Of a stretch of DNA of 64,000 bases, positions 45,645-58,797 are shown in pieces. Positions within the stretch are counted from its first letter, which is position 1; the number at the start of each line of letters is the position of its first letter. The translations under genes and the position numbers were made by a program. This DNA is from Macrostomum lignano (taxonomy: Eukaryota). The stretch covers positions 1 to 64,000 of the forward strand of contig NIVC01002264.1 of assembly GCA_002269645.1 (NCBI GenBank). Reading direction: 5' to 3'. The notes beneath the pieces were generated by a model, which had not been told where the DNA came from, did not search any database, and saw only the letters and a program-made list of their open reading frames with translations.

Positions 45645-48600
45645 TCACTTCTGTTTGCCTTCCTTCGATTTTACGTCACGTTTTGTCGAGGACTTGTTTG
45701 GAGACCGAATTTTCGACTTGCGATCAGCTGCGGCTGAAGCCTGTGCTGCTTGTTGCGGCCCGTGGGCTGTGCCGTCCTCGCTGCCGCCATAGCGACCGCC
45801 GCTTGTTCGGACAGTTTCGTAGCTCCGCTTCGACCGGAACTGAGAGTCCAGCCCGCCCTCCCGACGGCAGCAGTCGTGCAGGCGCTGATCGCAGCTGCAC
45901 GAACGGGTCAACAGAACTTGTTCCAGCTGTTCGTTGCTGCGATCCAACTGGGCGGTCAGAGCCTCAACAGTCTCCTCCATGTCGCTGTTTCCAGCTGCCC
46001 CAGCACCTGCTGCAGATTGTTTCAGCTCGGCCAATTCAGCTTGCACTTTTGACAAATCGGCGCTGAGACGCGCACGCGCCGTCTGGCTCGCGTCCAGTTG
46101 GCGTCGAAAGCTGAGCAGCCGACGCCGCAGGTCGCGATTCTCCGCCTCGGCCGTCTCTCGCTGGCGCTGCGCTTCTTCTTGGACAGACTCTAGCTGGGCC
46201 GCCTGGGTCTCAAGACGAGCTGCCAGGGAATCGATCGTCTCCTGCAGCTCCTCCGCCAGGCGCCTCCAGTTAGTTGAAGTGTCGGGGCTTTCGGCCTGTG
46301 GGCCTGCCTTTGCATCGATGGATCTAAGAGGGGTAAGTTTTGCGATCACAGTTTTTTGCTATTCTTATGCTCATAGTTTGCCAGCAGTAAGTGATCTTTT
46401 TAGAGCCCGGTCATTATTCATTAAGCTGATGCAATCTCGTGGCTAGCCCCGATGTACATTTATTCAGCTGTCCAGCGGCACAAAGATTGAACAGTGCTAT
46501 TGGTGACCCAGCTACTGGTTGGTGATACTTTCCCACGTTGCTGAACTCTGTGCCGTCACGGATACTAAAATAACTAGATAGGCCACTCTGAACTGGCATA
46601 ACTTAGCAAAACAGCTTTCTACTTTCAGTTCAGTAGCAAAGAAGAATACAAAAGCGATTTTATAAAATAAAGGCAGCTGAAATGACTTTGATAAGTTTAG
46701 AAGCCCACGAGTGGAACTCCTCCTCTGGAGGAGAAAGGGGAAGAACTCCCATCACCGGAATTCTGAAGGGGAAGAACTCCCATCAGCTGAAATTCCATGA
46801 CTTGAATCCCATCTTCCAAATCATCTCCAAATCCTCTACAATGCATTTCAATTACCGGATATCTAGTTTTCCCTATTTGCAAAAACTCACTGGCATTGTC
46901 CAGACTCGGACTCTCATGTCTCTGCTCTCATTTCTCATATCTCATATCTTTCATATCACCCTCTCCTTTCTTATCTTCCATCTTTCTGCCCTCCTTACTA
47001 CCGTCTCTTGTCACCTCTCTTTTCTCTCCTCTCCATTCTTTCTTCTCCCCTTTCCTTTCTCCTCTCATCTTTTCCCCTCTCTTCTCAAATCTCTCTCTCT
47101 CTCTTTTCTCACTTATCTCTTTTCTATTTGCATCTCTCATCTCTCATCTCTCTCCTCTCATCTGTACTATCTTATTTATCTCTTCTCCCAGGTCTTTCAA
47201 ATTTACTCTCTCCTGTCTCCTCTCTCCCCTCGTCTCTCCTCTCTCATATCTCTTCTCTACTCACTTATCTATTCTCTCTACTCTGCTCCCCTTTTACACT
47301 TTCCTATATGCTCTCACTCTCACTCTCTCCTTTCTTATCTCCTGTTTTTACTTTCCTTTCTACCACCTGTCTCCTCTCGTTTCTCTCCTCTCTGCACTCT
47401 TATCTTTACCCTCTTCTTTTCCCTCACTACTTTCTTCTCTTAAATCTCTGATCTCCGATCTTTCATCTCTCTCCTCTCACCTCTCACCTCTCTCCTCTCT
47501 TTCCTCTCTTCTATTGCCTCTGTGCGCTCTTATCCCTCTTTTCTTCTCTGTCCTGTCTCCTCTCTGCTATCTCATATCTCCTCTCTCATATCCTCTTCCT
47601 TCATCTCCTCTCTCCTCTTCTCTTCTCTCTCCTTCGTTCCCGCCTTACTTCCCTCTTCTCTCCCATCTGTCATGTCTAATCTCTCCACTCATTTCTACTC
47701 TGTTTTCTATCATCTCATCTCTCTTCTCTTTTCATTCTTCTCTTTACTCTCTTCTCTGACTGATTGAAGATGCCAAATCCATCAAGATCCTCTCCGCGCG
47801 AAGCAGAAATCCTGTCCGTGCAACTGAAAACCATCGAAATCCTCTCCGTGAAACTGGACTCCTTCGAAATCCTCTCCTTGAAACTTAAATCCATCAAAAT
47901 CGTCTCCATAAAACAGAAATCAATCATAAATTATCTCTGCGAAACAGAAATCCTCTCCGTGAAGCTGAACATCATCGAAATCCTCTCCGTGAAACTGAAC
48001 ACCATCGAAATCCTCTCCACGAAACAGAAATCCTCTCCGTCAAAATTAAAACATTGAAATTGAAACTGGACTCAATCAAAATTTTTCCGTCAAACAACTC
48101 AACTCTCCGGATTCATTGGTTAGGGTTAGGGTTAGGGTTAGGGTTAGGGTTAGGGCACAGCTTCGTGTTAAAAGGCACTGATAAAAATATTGAACTAATT
48201 GAATCAATTCACTGCGCAACCGAATTCACAGTCAGTCAGTATCAGTCTCAGTTAAAGTTAACAAAAACATTGCGCAATCTAAATCAACCCTCCAATACAC
48301 AGCAGCAGTGAGAAGTTGAACCCTCCCCCAACTTTATCTATTCGTCTCGCAAAACTGAGTACAATTTTTGCAAAGTTAAAAGTATGCAAATAGTTTTTTA
48401 AATGCTGTGCTTTTTCTTTTCATATTTAAAGCAAACAACTTATATCCCGAACTCAGCGTTGCAAGATCTTTCCAGCAATATAAGTTTCTCCTCTCAAAGT
48501 TTAAAACTCGAGGAACAGTTAGCGTTTGAAATTTACCGATTTCCCGACTGCTTGCTAGAGAAGCTCGCAATTCATTGAATTTCACTGCCAAACTAATACA

Positions 48601-51600
48601 CAGGGCTGCCTATAGAAAAAAGGCGCCAATAATAAAACCAATTGAATCTCGACACAGTCTATCTGTTTACACTGTACAACTGCTATGTACACTCAGCCCA
48701 AGCCCAACCCCCCAGTCTGGGGGAATCATTAAATTGAACTTAACCCCCCAACACGCGGGGGGTTTTATTTGCATTGAACGCAGAACACGCGCACCCACCA
48801 CCCCTCAATACACAGCGGCCCGCGGGCGGAGGTTGGGGTGGCTATTTTTACAAACTGGCTGAAGCCCCAGGCAGAGTGACCAAAGAAGGTTATTGGGGGT
48901 TAAAAAAGCAGTTTTCTGCTTTTTTAGGGATGTTAAAATGTGAAAATTAAAAATTAAAATAGCCTAAAGCCTGCTCCGGAAAATTTGCAGTTTTCCCATA
49001 TAAGTTTCGACGTTGACTTGGCAGAATTGTAGGAGTTCACTTGCTACATACAGACAGACAGACATACAGACAGACAAACATCGCGTCGGTTTTAGTATTA
49101 GGAGGACGAGGCCAACTCCTCCTCTGGAGGAGAAAGGGGAAGAACTCCCATCACCGGAATTCCATTCCCTGAAATCCATCAGCTGAAATTCCATGACTTG
49201 AATCCCATCTTCCAAATCATCTCCAAATCCTCTGTAAAGCCTTTCAAATACCATATCTTGTTTTCCCTGTTCGCAAAAACTGACTGCCATTGTCCAGACT
49301 CAGATTCTTCTGTCTCCTCTCTTCTCTTTTCTCTCCTCTCACGTCTCTCATCTCTACCACCTTATTTATCTCTTCTCCCTCGTCTTTCGTCTTTCTCTCC
49401 TGTCTCCTTTATCCCCTGTTTTCTCCTCTCTCCTCTCTTCTCTCCTCTCTCATCTCTCATCCCTCATGCCTCATCTCACTATTTCTTTCTCCTCTACTCT
49501 CAGCTCCTCTCTTCTCTCTCCTCTCCTCTCTCCTGTCTCCCTCTGCTATCTCATATCTTCCCTCTCATCTCCTCTCTCCTCTTTTCTTCTCTCTCCATCT
49601 TCGTTCCCGCCTTACTCCCCTCTTCTCTCCCATCTGTCATGTCTAATCTGCCCTCTCTCATCTCTACTCTCTTTTCTATAATCTCTTCTCTCTTCTCTTT
49701 TCACTCTTCTCTTTACTCTCTTTACTGACTGACTGAAGATACCAAATCCATCAAAATCCCTCCATGAAACAGAAACCCTCTCCGTGAAACTGGACTCCTT
49801 TCGAAATCCAATCCGCCAAACAGAAATCCTCTCCGTGAAACTGGGCTCCATGGAAATCCTCTGAGTGAAACTGACATCCATCAAAATCGTCTCCGTAAAA
49901 CAGAAATACATCTAGATTCTCTCCACGAAAAAGAAATCCTCTCCGTGAAACCGAAAACCATCAGAATACTCCGTGAAACTGGACTCAATCGAAATTTTCT
50001 CTGTCAAAAAGAACTTAACTCTCAGAATTCATTGGTTAGGGTTAGGGTTAGAGCTGCACAGAGCTGCGTGTTGAATTAATTGAATCAATTAATTGCGCAA
50101 ACCATTTCTCAGTCAGACAGTATCAGTCTTATTTAAAGTTAAATAAACGGTTGCGCAATCTAAATCAACCCTCCAATACGCAGCGGCAGACCCCCTTCCA
50201 ATACGCCCAACTTTATCTATTACGTCTCGCAAAACTGAGTACAATTTTTGCAGAAAGTTAAAAGTATGGAAATAGTTTTTTAAATGCTGTGCTTTTTCTT
50301 TTCATATTTAAAGCATACAACTTATATCCCGAACTCAGCGTTGCAAGATCTTTCCAGCAATATAAGTCTCTCCTCTCAAAGTTTAAAACTCGAGGAACAG
50401 TTAGCGTTTGAAATTTACCAATTTCCCGACTGCTTGCTAGAGAAGCTCGCAAGTTTATTCATTGAATTTCACTGCCAAACTAATACACAGGGCTGCCAAT
50501 AATAAAACCAAATGAATCTCGACACAGTCTATCTATTTACACTGTACAACTGCTATGTACACTCAGCCCAAGCCCAACCCCCGTTCTGGGGGAAGCATTA
50601 AATTTAACTCGACCCCCCCAACACGCGGGGGTTTTATTTGCATTGAACGCAGAACACGCGCACCCACCACCCCTCAATACACAGCGGCCCGCGGGCGGAG
50701 GTTGGGGTGGCTATTTTTACAAACTGGCTGAAGCCCCAGGCAGAGTGACCAAAGAAGGTTATTGGGGTTAAAAAAGCAGTTTTCTGCTTTTTTAGGGATG
50801 TTAAAATGTGAAAATTAAAAATTAAAATAGCCTAAAGCCTGCTCCGGAAAATTTGCAGTTTTCCCATATAAGTTCCGACGTTGACTTGGCAGAATTGTAG
50901 GAGTTCACTTGCTACATACAGACAGACAGACATACAGACAGACAAACATCGCGTCGGTTTTAGTATAAGGACGAGGCCAACTCCTCCGCTGGAGGAGAAA
51001 GGGGAAGAACTCCCATCACCGGAATTCCATTCCCTGAAATCCACTAACTGAATCCCATCATCCAATTCCTCACCGCAAAACTGAACACCATCGAAATCCT
51101 CTCCGCGAAACAGAAATCCTCTCCGGGAAACTGAACTCCAAGGAAATCCTCTGCGTGAAACTAAAATCCATCAAAATTGTCTTCGTAAAACAGAAATACA
51201 TCAAAATTCTCTTCACGAAACAGAAATCCTCTCCGGGAAACTGAACTCCAAGGAAATCCTCTGCGTGAAACTAAAATCCATCAAAATTGTCTCCGTAAAA
51301 CAGAAATACATCAAAATTCTCTCCACGAAACAGAAATCCTCTCCGGGAAACTGAACTCCAAGGAAATCCTCTGCGTGAAACTAAAATCCATCAAAATTGT
51401 CTCCGTAAAACAGAAATACATCAAAATTCTCTCCACGAAACAGAAATCCTCTCCGGGAAACTGAACTCCAAGGAAATCCTCTGCGTGAAACTAAAATCCA
51501 TCAAAATTGTCTCCGTAAAACAGAAATACATCAAAATTCTCTCCACGAAACAGAAATCCTCTCCGTGAAACTGAAAACCATCGAAATCCTCTCCGCAAGA

Positions 51601-54600
51601 CAGAAATCATCTCCAAGAAACTGAAAACCCTTGAAATTCTCTCCGTGAAACTGGACTCAATCGAAATTTTCTCCGTCAAAGGGAATAAACTCCCAGGATT
51701 CAATGGTTAGGGTTAGGGTTAGGGTTAGGGTTAGAGCTACACACAGCAGCGTGTTGAAAGGCGCCGATAAAAAAATTGAACCAATTGAATCAGTTGAATG
51801 CGCAACCAATTTCATAGTCATTCAGTATCAGTCTCGGTAAAATTAGGAAAAAAAGTTGCGCAATCTAAATCAACCCTCCAATACACAGCGACCGACCCCT
51901 TCCAATACGCAGTGAAGGTTAGAAATTCAACCCCCCCCCCCTAACTGTTGGGGTGTCGGTCGAACCCCCATTGAACCCGTAAAATGAGTACAATCTTTGC
52001 AGAGAGTTAAAAGTATTGAAATATCGTCTTTGCTTTTGCTTTGCTTTTTGCTTTCATATTTAAAGCAAACAACTTATATCCTCGAAGTCAGCATTGAAAG
52101 ATCTTTCCAGCAATATAAGTCTCTTCTCTCAGAGTTCAAAACTCGAGGAACAGTTGGCGTTTGAAATATCCCAATTTAAAGCATTGAACTATCGAGTGTA
52201 CGCATACGTGCACTGCCTGCTAAAAAGGCTTGCAAGTTTATTCATTGAATTCCACTGCCGCCCCAGCACCCTCAACTTAGGGGGGTTTGGTTAAGTTCTC
52301 AGTGCACACAGTTGTGGCGCAATCGCTAAAATTGATGTCAACCGGCCCAGCTTACACCCCTTCAGTTGAAAGAATACACTGCACAGATAGGCCGGCTGTT
52401 GTGGCGCAATAATTGTAAATTACGCAAGATGTTCATATTCCCCTATTGTTTTTCTATTTCTGCTTTTTTAGGGATCTTAAGACGTGAAAATAAAAAATTG
52501 AAATAGCCCACTGCCATCCTCGGAAAATTTGCAGTTTTCCCATATAAGTTTCAACGCTGACTTGCAAGTCGTCTAGGAGGAGATGTGTATCACACAAACA
52601 GACAAACAACGCACCAACTTTAGTATTAAGAGTGGAACTCCTCCTTCGGAGGAGAAAGGGGAAGAACTCCCATCACCGGAATTCTATTCCCTGAAATATC
52701 CATCAACTGAAATTCCATGTCTTTAACCCTATCTTCCAAATCGTCTCCAAATTCTTTACAAAATCTTTCAAAGACCATAGCTCAAAGACTCTCAAGTCTC
52801 TCATATCTCCTCTCTCCTCTCTCTCATCTCATCTCTACCCCTGCTCCCTTATTTATCTCTTCTCCCTCGTCTTTCGTCTGTACCTTCTCCTGTCTTCTGT
52901 CTCCTCTCTTCACTCTTATCTCTCCCTCTTCTCTCCTCTCTCATATGTCATCTCTACTCACTTATCTATCGTCTCTCTTAACCCTCTCTCTCTCTTCTCT
53001 TTTCTCTTCTCTCTGCTCTCATTTCTCATATTTCATATACGCTCTGACACTACTTTCTTGTCTCCCATCTTTCTTCCTCCTTTTCACTATCCCCTGTCTC
53101 TTCTCTTCTCTCTTTTCTATTCTCTCCATTCTCTCTTTTCTCATTTCCTTGCTCCTTTCATCTCTCTCCTCTCTCCTCACTCTCTTCTCCTTTCGCTTCT
53201 CTCTCCTCTCTCTCTCATCTTTACTACCTTATTTATATCTTCTCCTTAGTCTTTCGTCTGTACTCTCTCCTGTCTCCTCTCTCCCCTGCTCTCTCATCCC
53301 TCATCTCCTCATCTCACTCTTTCTTTCTCCTCTACTCTCCCCTCTCTTATATTGCCTCTGTACGCTCTTATCCCTCATCTATTCTCTCTCCTATCATCTC
53401 CAATCTGTCATGTCTAATCTCTCCACTCAATTATACTCTGTTTTCTATCATCTCTTCTCTCTTCTCTTTTCAGTCTTCTCTTTACTCTCTTCTCTGACTG
53501 ATTGAAGATGCCAAATCCATCAAGATCCTCTCCGCGAAGCAAAAATCCTGTCTGTGCAACTAAAAACCATCGAAATCCTCTCAGTGAAACTGGACTCCTT
53601 CGAAATCCTCTCCTTGAAACTTAAATCCATCAAAATTGTTTCCATAAAACAGAAATCAATCATAAATTATCTCCGCGAAACAGAAAGCCTCTCCGTGAAG
53701 CTGAACATGATCGAAATCCTCTCCGTGAAACTGAACACCATGGAAATCCTTTCGTGAAACTGAACATCATCGAAATCCTCTCCACGAAACAGAAATCTTC
53801 TCCGTCAGAATTTAAACATTGAAATCGTCTCCGTTAAACTTGACTTAATCGAATTTTTTCCGTCAAACAACTTAACTCGCCAGATTCATTAGGGTTAGGG
53901 TTAGGGTTAGGGTTAGAACTACGCACAGCTTCGTGTTAAAAGGCACAGATAAAAATATTGAACTAATTGAATCAATTCATTGCGCAACCGATTTCACAGT
54001 CAGTATCAGTCTCAGTTAAATTTAACCAAAAGATTGCGCAATTTAAATCAACCCTCCAGTACACAGAGACCGACCCCTTTTCAATACGCTGTGGCAGTTA
54101 GAAATTGAACCCCCATCTGTTGGGGGCATTGAACCAAAAAATGAGTACAATCTTTGCATAAAGCTAAAAGTATGGAAATAGTTTTTTTGATGCTGCTCTT
54201 TTAGTCTTTATATTGAAAGCTAACAATTTATATCCTCGAACTCAGCGTTGCAAGATCTTTTCAGCAGTATAAGTCTCTTCTCTTAAAGTTTAGAACTCGA
54301 AGAGCAGTTAGCGTTTGAAAGTTTCCGTTTTAAAGCATTAAAATATCGAGTGTACGTTCACTGCCTGCCAAAGAGGCTCGCAAGTTGATTCATTCATTAC
54401 ACAGGCCGGCTATTACACAGGGCAGCGTATTGAAAGGCACAGATAATAAAACAAATTGATGGTGCAACCGATTTCACAGTCAGTCAGTATCAGTCTCAGT
54501 TAAAGTTAACAAAAACATTGCGCAATCTAAATCAACCCTCCAATACACAGCAGCAGTGAGAAGTTGAACCCTCCCCCCAACTTTATCTATTACGTCTCGC

Positions 54601-57600
54601 AAAACTGAGCACAATTTTTGCAGAAAGTTAAAAGCATGGAAATAGTTTTTTCAATGCTGTGCTTTTTCTTTTTATATTTAAAGCAAACAACTTATATCCC
54701 CGAACTCAGCGTTGCAAGATCTTTCCAGCAATATAAGTTTCTCCTCTGAAAGTTTAAAACTCGAGGAACAGTTAGCGTTTGAATTTACCAATTTCCCGAC
54801 TACTTGCTAGAGAAGCTCGCAAGTTTATTCATTGAATTTCACTGCCAAACTAATACACAGGGCCGATAATAAAAAATGAACCAATTGAACCAATTGATTG
54901 TGCAATATATTTCTGTGTTAGTCAGTATCAGTCTCAGTTAAAGTTAACAAACAGATTGCGCAATCTAAATCAACCCTCAAATACACACCGACCGACCTCC
55001 TAACTGTTGGGGGGTCGGTCGAACGCCATTGAAATCCTAAAATGAGTACAATCTTTGCAGAAAGTTTAAAGTATGGAAATAGTTTTTGCAATACAGAGCT
55101 TTTAGTTTTCATATTTAAAGCAAACAATTTATATCCCTGAAATCAGCTTTGCAAGTTCTTTCCAGCAATATAAATTTTTTCTCTCAAAGTTAAAAACTCG
55201 AGCAACAGTTTGCGTTTGAAACTTTCTGATTTAAAGCATTGAAATATCGATTGTACGTTCACTGCCTGCTAAAGAGGCCCGCAAGTTTATGCATTGAATT
55301 TCAAGGTTCAACAAAATCACAGGGCTGTCTATTGAAAATTAGAACACAAATCTTTGCGCAATTGTCTATACAGTCAGCCAGTGAGCCAGGGTCCGATTGT
55401 ACACATGCAGCCATTTAGAACGCCCCATCCCCCCACTGGAGAGAAAATACACTGCAGAGATAGGGAAAAGTTGTGGCGCAATCACTTGAAATTCATGCAA
55501 ATTTTCAGCTCCAAGCAGAAAGAGGGGACAATTAAGATTATCAAAGGTCAAGACCGCCGTTTTCTGCTTTTTTGAGGATCTTAGAAATTAAAATTTCAGA
55601 ATTAAAATAGCCTATAGCCGACCTCGGATAATTTCCAATCTTCCCATATAAGTTTCAACGCTGAGTTGGCACTATTCAAGGAGGAGTTGTCGAAATGACA
55701 CACAGACAGACAAACAACGCGTCAACTTTAGTATATATAGACGAGGCCAACTCCTCCGATGGAGGAGAAAGGGGAAGAACTCCCATCACCGGAATTCCAT
55801 TCCCTGAACTCCATCAGCTGAATCCCAAGACCCGAATCCCATTATCTAACTGTTCTCCAAATCCATCAAAATCCTCTCTGAGAAACTGAACACGATCGAA
55901 ATCCTCTCCGCGAAACAGAAATCCTCTCCGTGAAACTGGACTCAATCGAAAGTTTCTCCGTCAAACAACTAAACTCTCAGGATTCAGTGGTTAGGGTTAG
56001 GGTTAGGGTTGGAGCTGCACAGAGCTGCGTGTTGAAAAGGTCCGATAAAAAATGAGATAATTGAATCAAAAGATTGCGCAATTTACGCTCGTATTTCTAA
56101 GTCAGTCAGTATCAGTCTCAGTTAAAGTTAACAAAAATATTGCGCAATCTAAATCAACCCTCCATCCAATACACAGCGACCGACCCCTTCCAATACGCAG
56201 TGGCAATTAGAAATTGAACCCCCCCCCCCCAACTGTTGGGGGGTCAGTCGAACACCATTGAACTCCTAAAATGAGTACAATCTTTGCAATAAGTTAAAAG
56301 TATGGAAATAGTTTTTCCAATGCAGAGCATTTAGTTTTCATATTTAAAGCAAACAATTTATATCCCCGAACTCAGCGTTGCAAGTTCTTTCCAGCAATAT
56401 AAGTCTCTCCTCTCAAAGTTAAAAACTCCAGCAACAGTCTGAGTTTGAAATTTGCCGATTTATAGCATTGCAATATTGAGTGTACGTTCATACGTTCACT
56501 GCCTGCTAAAGAGGCCCGCAAGTTTATTCATTGAATTTCACTGTCTAACCAATGCACAGGGCAGTCAATTGAAAGGCGCTGATAATAAAACCAATTGAAT
56601 CTCAGCACAATAGCCATATAATTGCGCTTACTTACCCACCACCCCACGAAATACACACAGTTCAATTTTTCAGCCGGGGTCCGCTTGTACACACGCTGCC
56701 ACTGAGAACGCGACCAACCCCCACTGGCGAGAAAATACACTACAGAGATAGGAGAAAGTTGTGGCGCAATCGCTCAAAATCATGCAAATTTTCGGCTCCG
56801 AGCAGAAAAAGTGTCCAGAGAAGGTTAGGAAATCAGTTTTCTGCTTTTTTAGGGATCTTAAAATGTGAAAATAAAAAATTGAAATAGCCCACTGCAGTCC
56901 CCGGAAAATTTGCAGTTTCCCCATATAAGTTTCAACGCTGACTTGCAAGTATTCTAGGAGGAGTTATGCAACACACAAACAAACAGACAAACAAACAAAC
57001 AATCATCGCACCAACTTTAGTATTAGGAGAGAGAAGCTTGCAGGCGTAAACAACTTGCTAATTGGTTCACCAATAATGTAGATTGGCCAGTTCAATGAAA
57101 TGTACATGGCAGCTTTAGGCTGGAATTCCGAGAAAGGCAATAAAAATTGGGGTGGGGAGGGGGAGGGTTTTTTTATTTTATTAGAGGCAGGGGGTTGTGT
57201 GCACCCTGGCGCACTTTAGGCGACATAGGCACACAACCGGCGAGAGGCATTGCTGCCCATTCCGCCGACTCCCCTGAGCAGGCATACAAGCGCGCGGATA
57301 CGTACGCAGGCACACACTCACACAGGAGTGTACAGCGGCCCTAACTTTATCAATTGTTAGGCATGTACATTTCACTGCGCCTTGGGGGGTTGGCTCTCAA
57401 GGCCGTTAATTGCACAGGCGAGCCAAGCCGAAATTCCAATTCAGCCCCAAATTAATGTGGCTGCACTTGGAATCGAGCCTGGGTCGCTGGCACACCAGAG
57501 CAGCTGCGCTACCGCTGGGCTACGGCCCCCTATGGCGGGGGAGGGTTAGTGTGGAAAGGCGGTTGGAGGGTTTAAGCTGGGGGGAGGAGTCAATAAATGA

Positions 57601-58004
57601 GCATTGGCTTTAAAAATACATTAAAATGCTTCAGTTTAACTTACTACTGAACTGAAAGTAGCTTACACGCAAATGTGCTGAGTGGGCCATTTAGTTATTC
57701 TAGTTAGTGTATCTGTGGCTAGACAGAGAAAGTAACGGGAGTTTTTCACTTGGCCAAATGGAAAGTGACCGACAAACAGCACTTACGACGCTGCTTTTCC
57801 AGCCAGTTGGTGAATAATCTGATTAATTCCAGCTTCAATTCGATCCAACTTGGCATTAGCCGAGCTTTGAGGTTTCTTCTTGTTGCCGACAGAAGAAGCG
57901 GACGGCGATGCTTTGCTGTCGGAAATCTTCGAAGACTTTGCTGTAGCTGTCTCTGACGAACCGTCTGCCACGTGGCTGATTGAATCCGGACTACTCGTAG
58001 CCAT
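45645..58004 (-). CDS. Two-exon coiled-coil protein (298 aa); exons 58004-57787 and 46323-45645, separated by an intron of about 11.5 kb
   Basis: The phase-2 donor TC|GTAAGT at 57787 matches the phase-2 acceptor CTCTTAG|A at 46323 (218+679 = 897 nt). Heptad-rich region LAEELQETIDSLAARLE...LSKVQAELAELKQ. AATAAA on the minus strand at about 45597-45602. Confidence 0.65.
46708..57028 (-). mobile_element. Head-to-tail array of five non-autonomous Helitron-like units (46708-49106, 49107-50971, 50972-52631, 52632-55741, 55742-57028)
   Basis: On the minus strand each unit starts TC(C/T)..ATACTAAA followed by a (CTGT/TTGT)n tract. Each ends in the hairpin CTCCTCC-NNN-GGAGGAG plus about 5 nt and CTCG (one junction lacks part of this). 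Junctions read CTCG|TC. Shared internal modules are an AT-rich block, a TTAGGG tract, GAAATCCTCTCCGT subrepeats and, in three units, a CT-rich tract. No Rep/helicase ORF. Confidence 0.75.
48120..48155 (+). repeat. Interstitial (TTAGGG)6, with homologous shorter tracts at about 50035, 51707, 53889 and 55991
   Basis: Direct reading; one tract per Helitron-like unit, at the same internal position. Confidence 0.95.
57170..57530 (-). mobile_element. Apparently full-length tRNA-derived SINE family A copy
   Basis: The minus strand begins GGGGCCGTAGCCCAGCGG (A box) ... GGCTCGATTCC (B box) and ends CCCCTGCCTCTAATAAAATAAAAAA. Confidence 0.85.
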
Positions 58005-58797
58005 CTGAATCTAAGCTTGAAAGCAAATCATTTGGATATTGGATACTAAACTACAGAATAATGTACCAGAGTATTAGCCGGTCCGAGCCTCTTAAACCAA
58101 GCAGAGGAGAGATTAATCGTTTTTCCAACGCGAATACTGCTTAGCAGAATTACGCACTGCCCCGAACAGTTGATAGGAAAGAATCGTTTTTAACGCGCCA
58201 TAGCCCCCCCCCCACAGCGAGATGTAAGCGATATTAGGAAAGGAATTTTCAACACAGCCTCTAACCGCTTCGCAGCCTAACACCTGCGCAACCTTCAAAA
58301 AGTAAACAAAAATGACATGAACAACTTTAAGTCGCTTATATGCATCCAAGCGCCATAATAGGCACTAATAGAAATCCAGTACGTGCGTACGTGTATATTT
58401 AAAATCAAAATACGAGCTAATGAAAAATTTAAATGGAAATGGCTAAAATTATTTAATAAAATGAATTCAGGAAATTAGAGAAAAATTCCTGGTTTATCGG
58501 TTAAAATATTGGCACTGACAGATAAAAACAGATCGTTAAAAAGCTACCGGACATTTCACCTCTGCCTGTAAAGAACAAAGACCAAGAAAAAGGGGAACAC
58601 TAGCGGGAAATTAAGGAGGGGAAACGCTAGAGCGGAAATTCCGGGGGGGGAATTCCGGAGGGGAATTCCGGAGGGGAAACGTCAGAAAAAGAAATATCGG
58701 TAAGCCTGCCGAAACTATAGTAGACAAAAAAAGGAGCTATTCAAGACAATGATGTGCAAATTAAAACTCTAACAAAATCGTTTCGGACACTTGCAGC

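Noticed and set aside
48120-48155. True chromosome end or telomere
   Set aside because: The tracts are only 2-6 repeats long, internal, and repeated once per element unit inside an intron.
46682-53505. Leu/Ser/Phe-rich ORFs that look like multi-pass membrane proteins
   Set aside because: They arise from CT-rich degenerate microsatellite tracts within the repeated units; frames are not conserved between copies.
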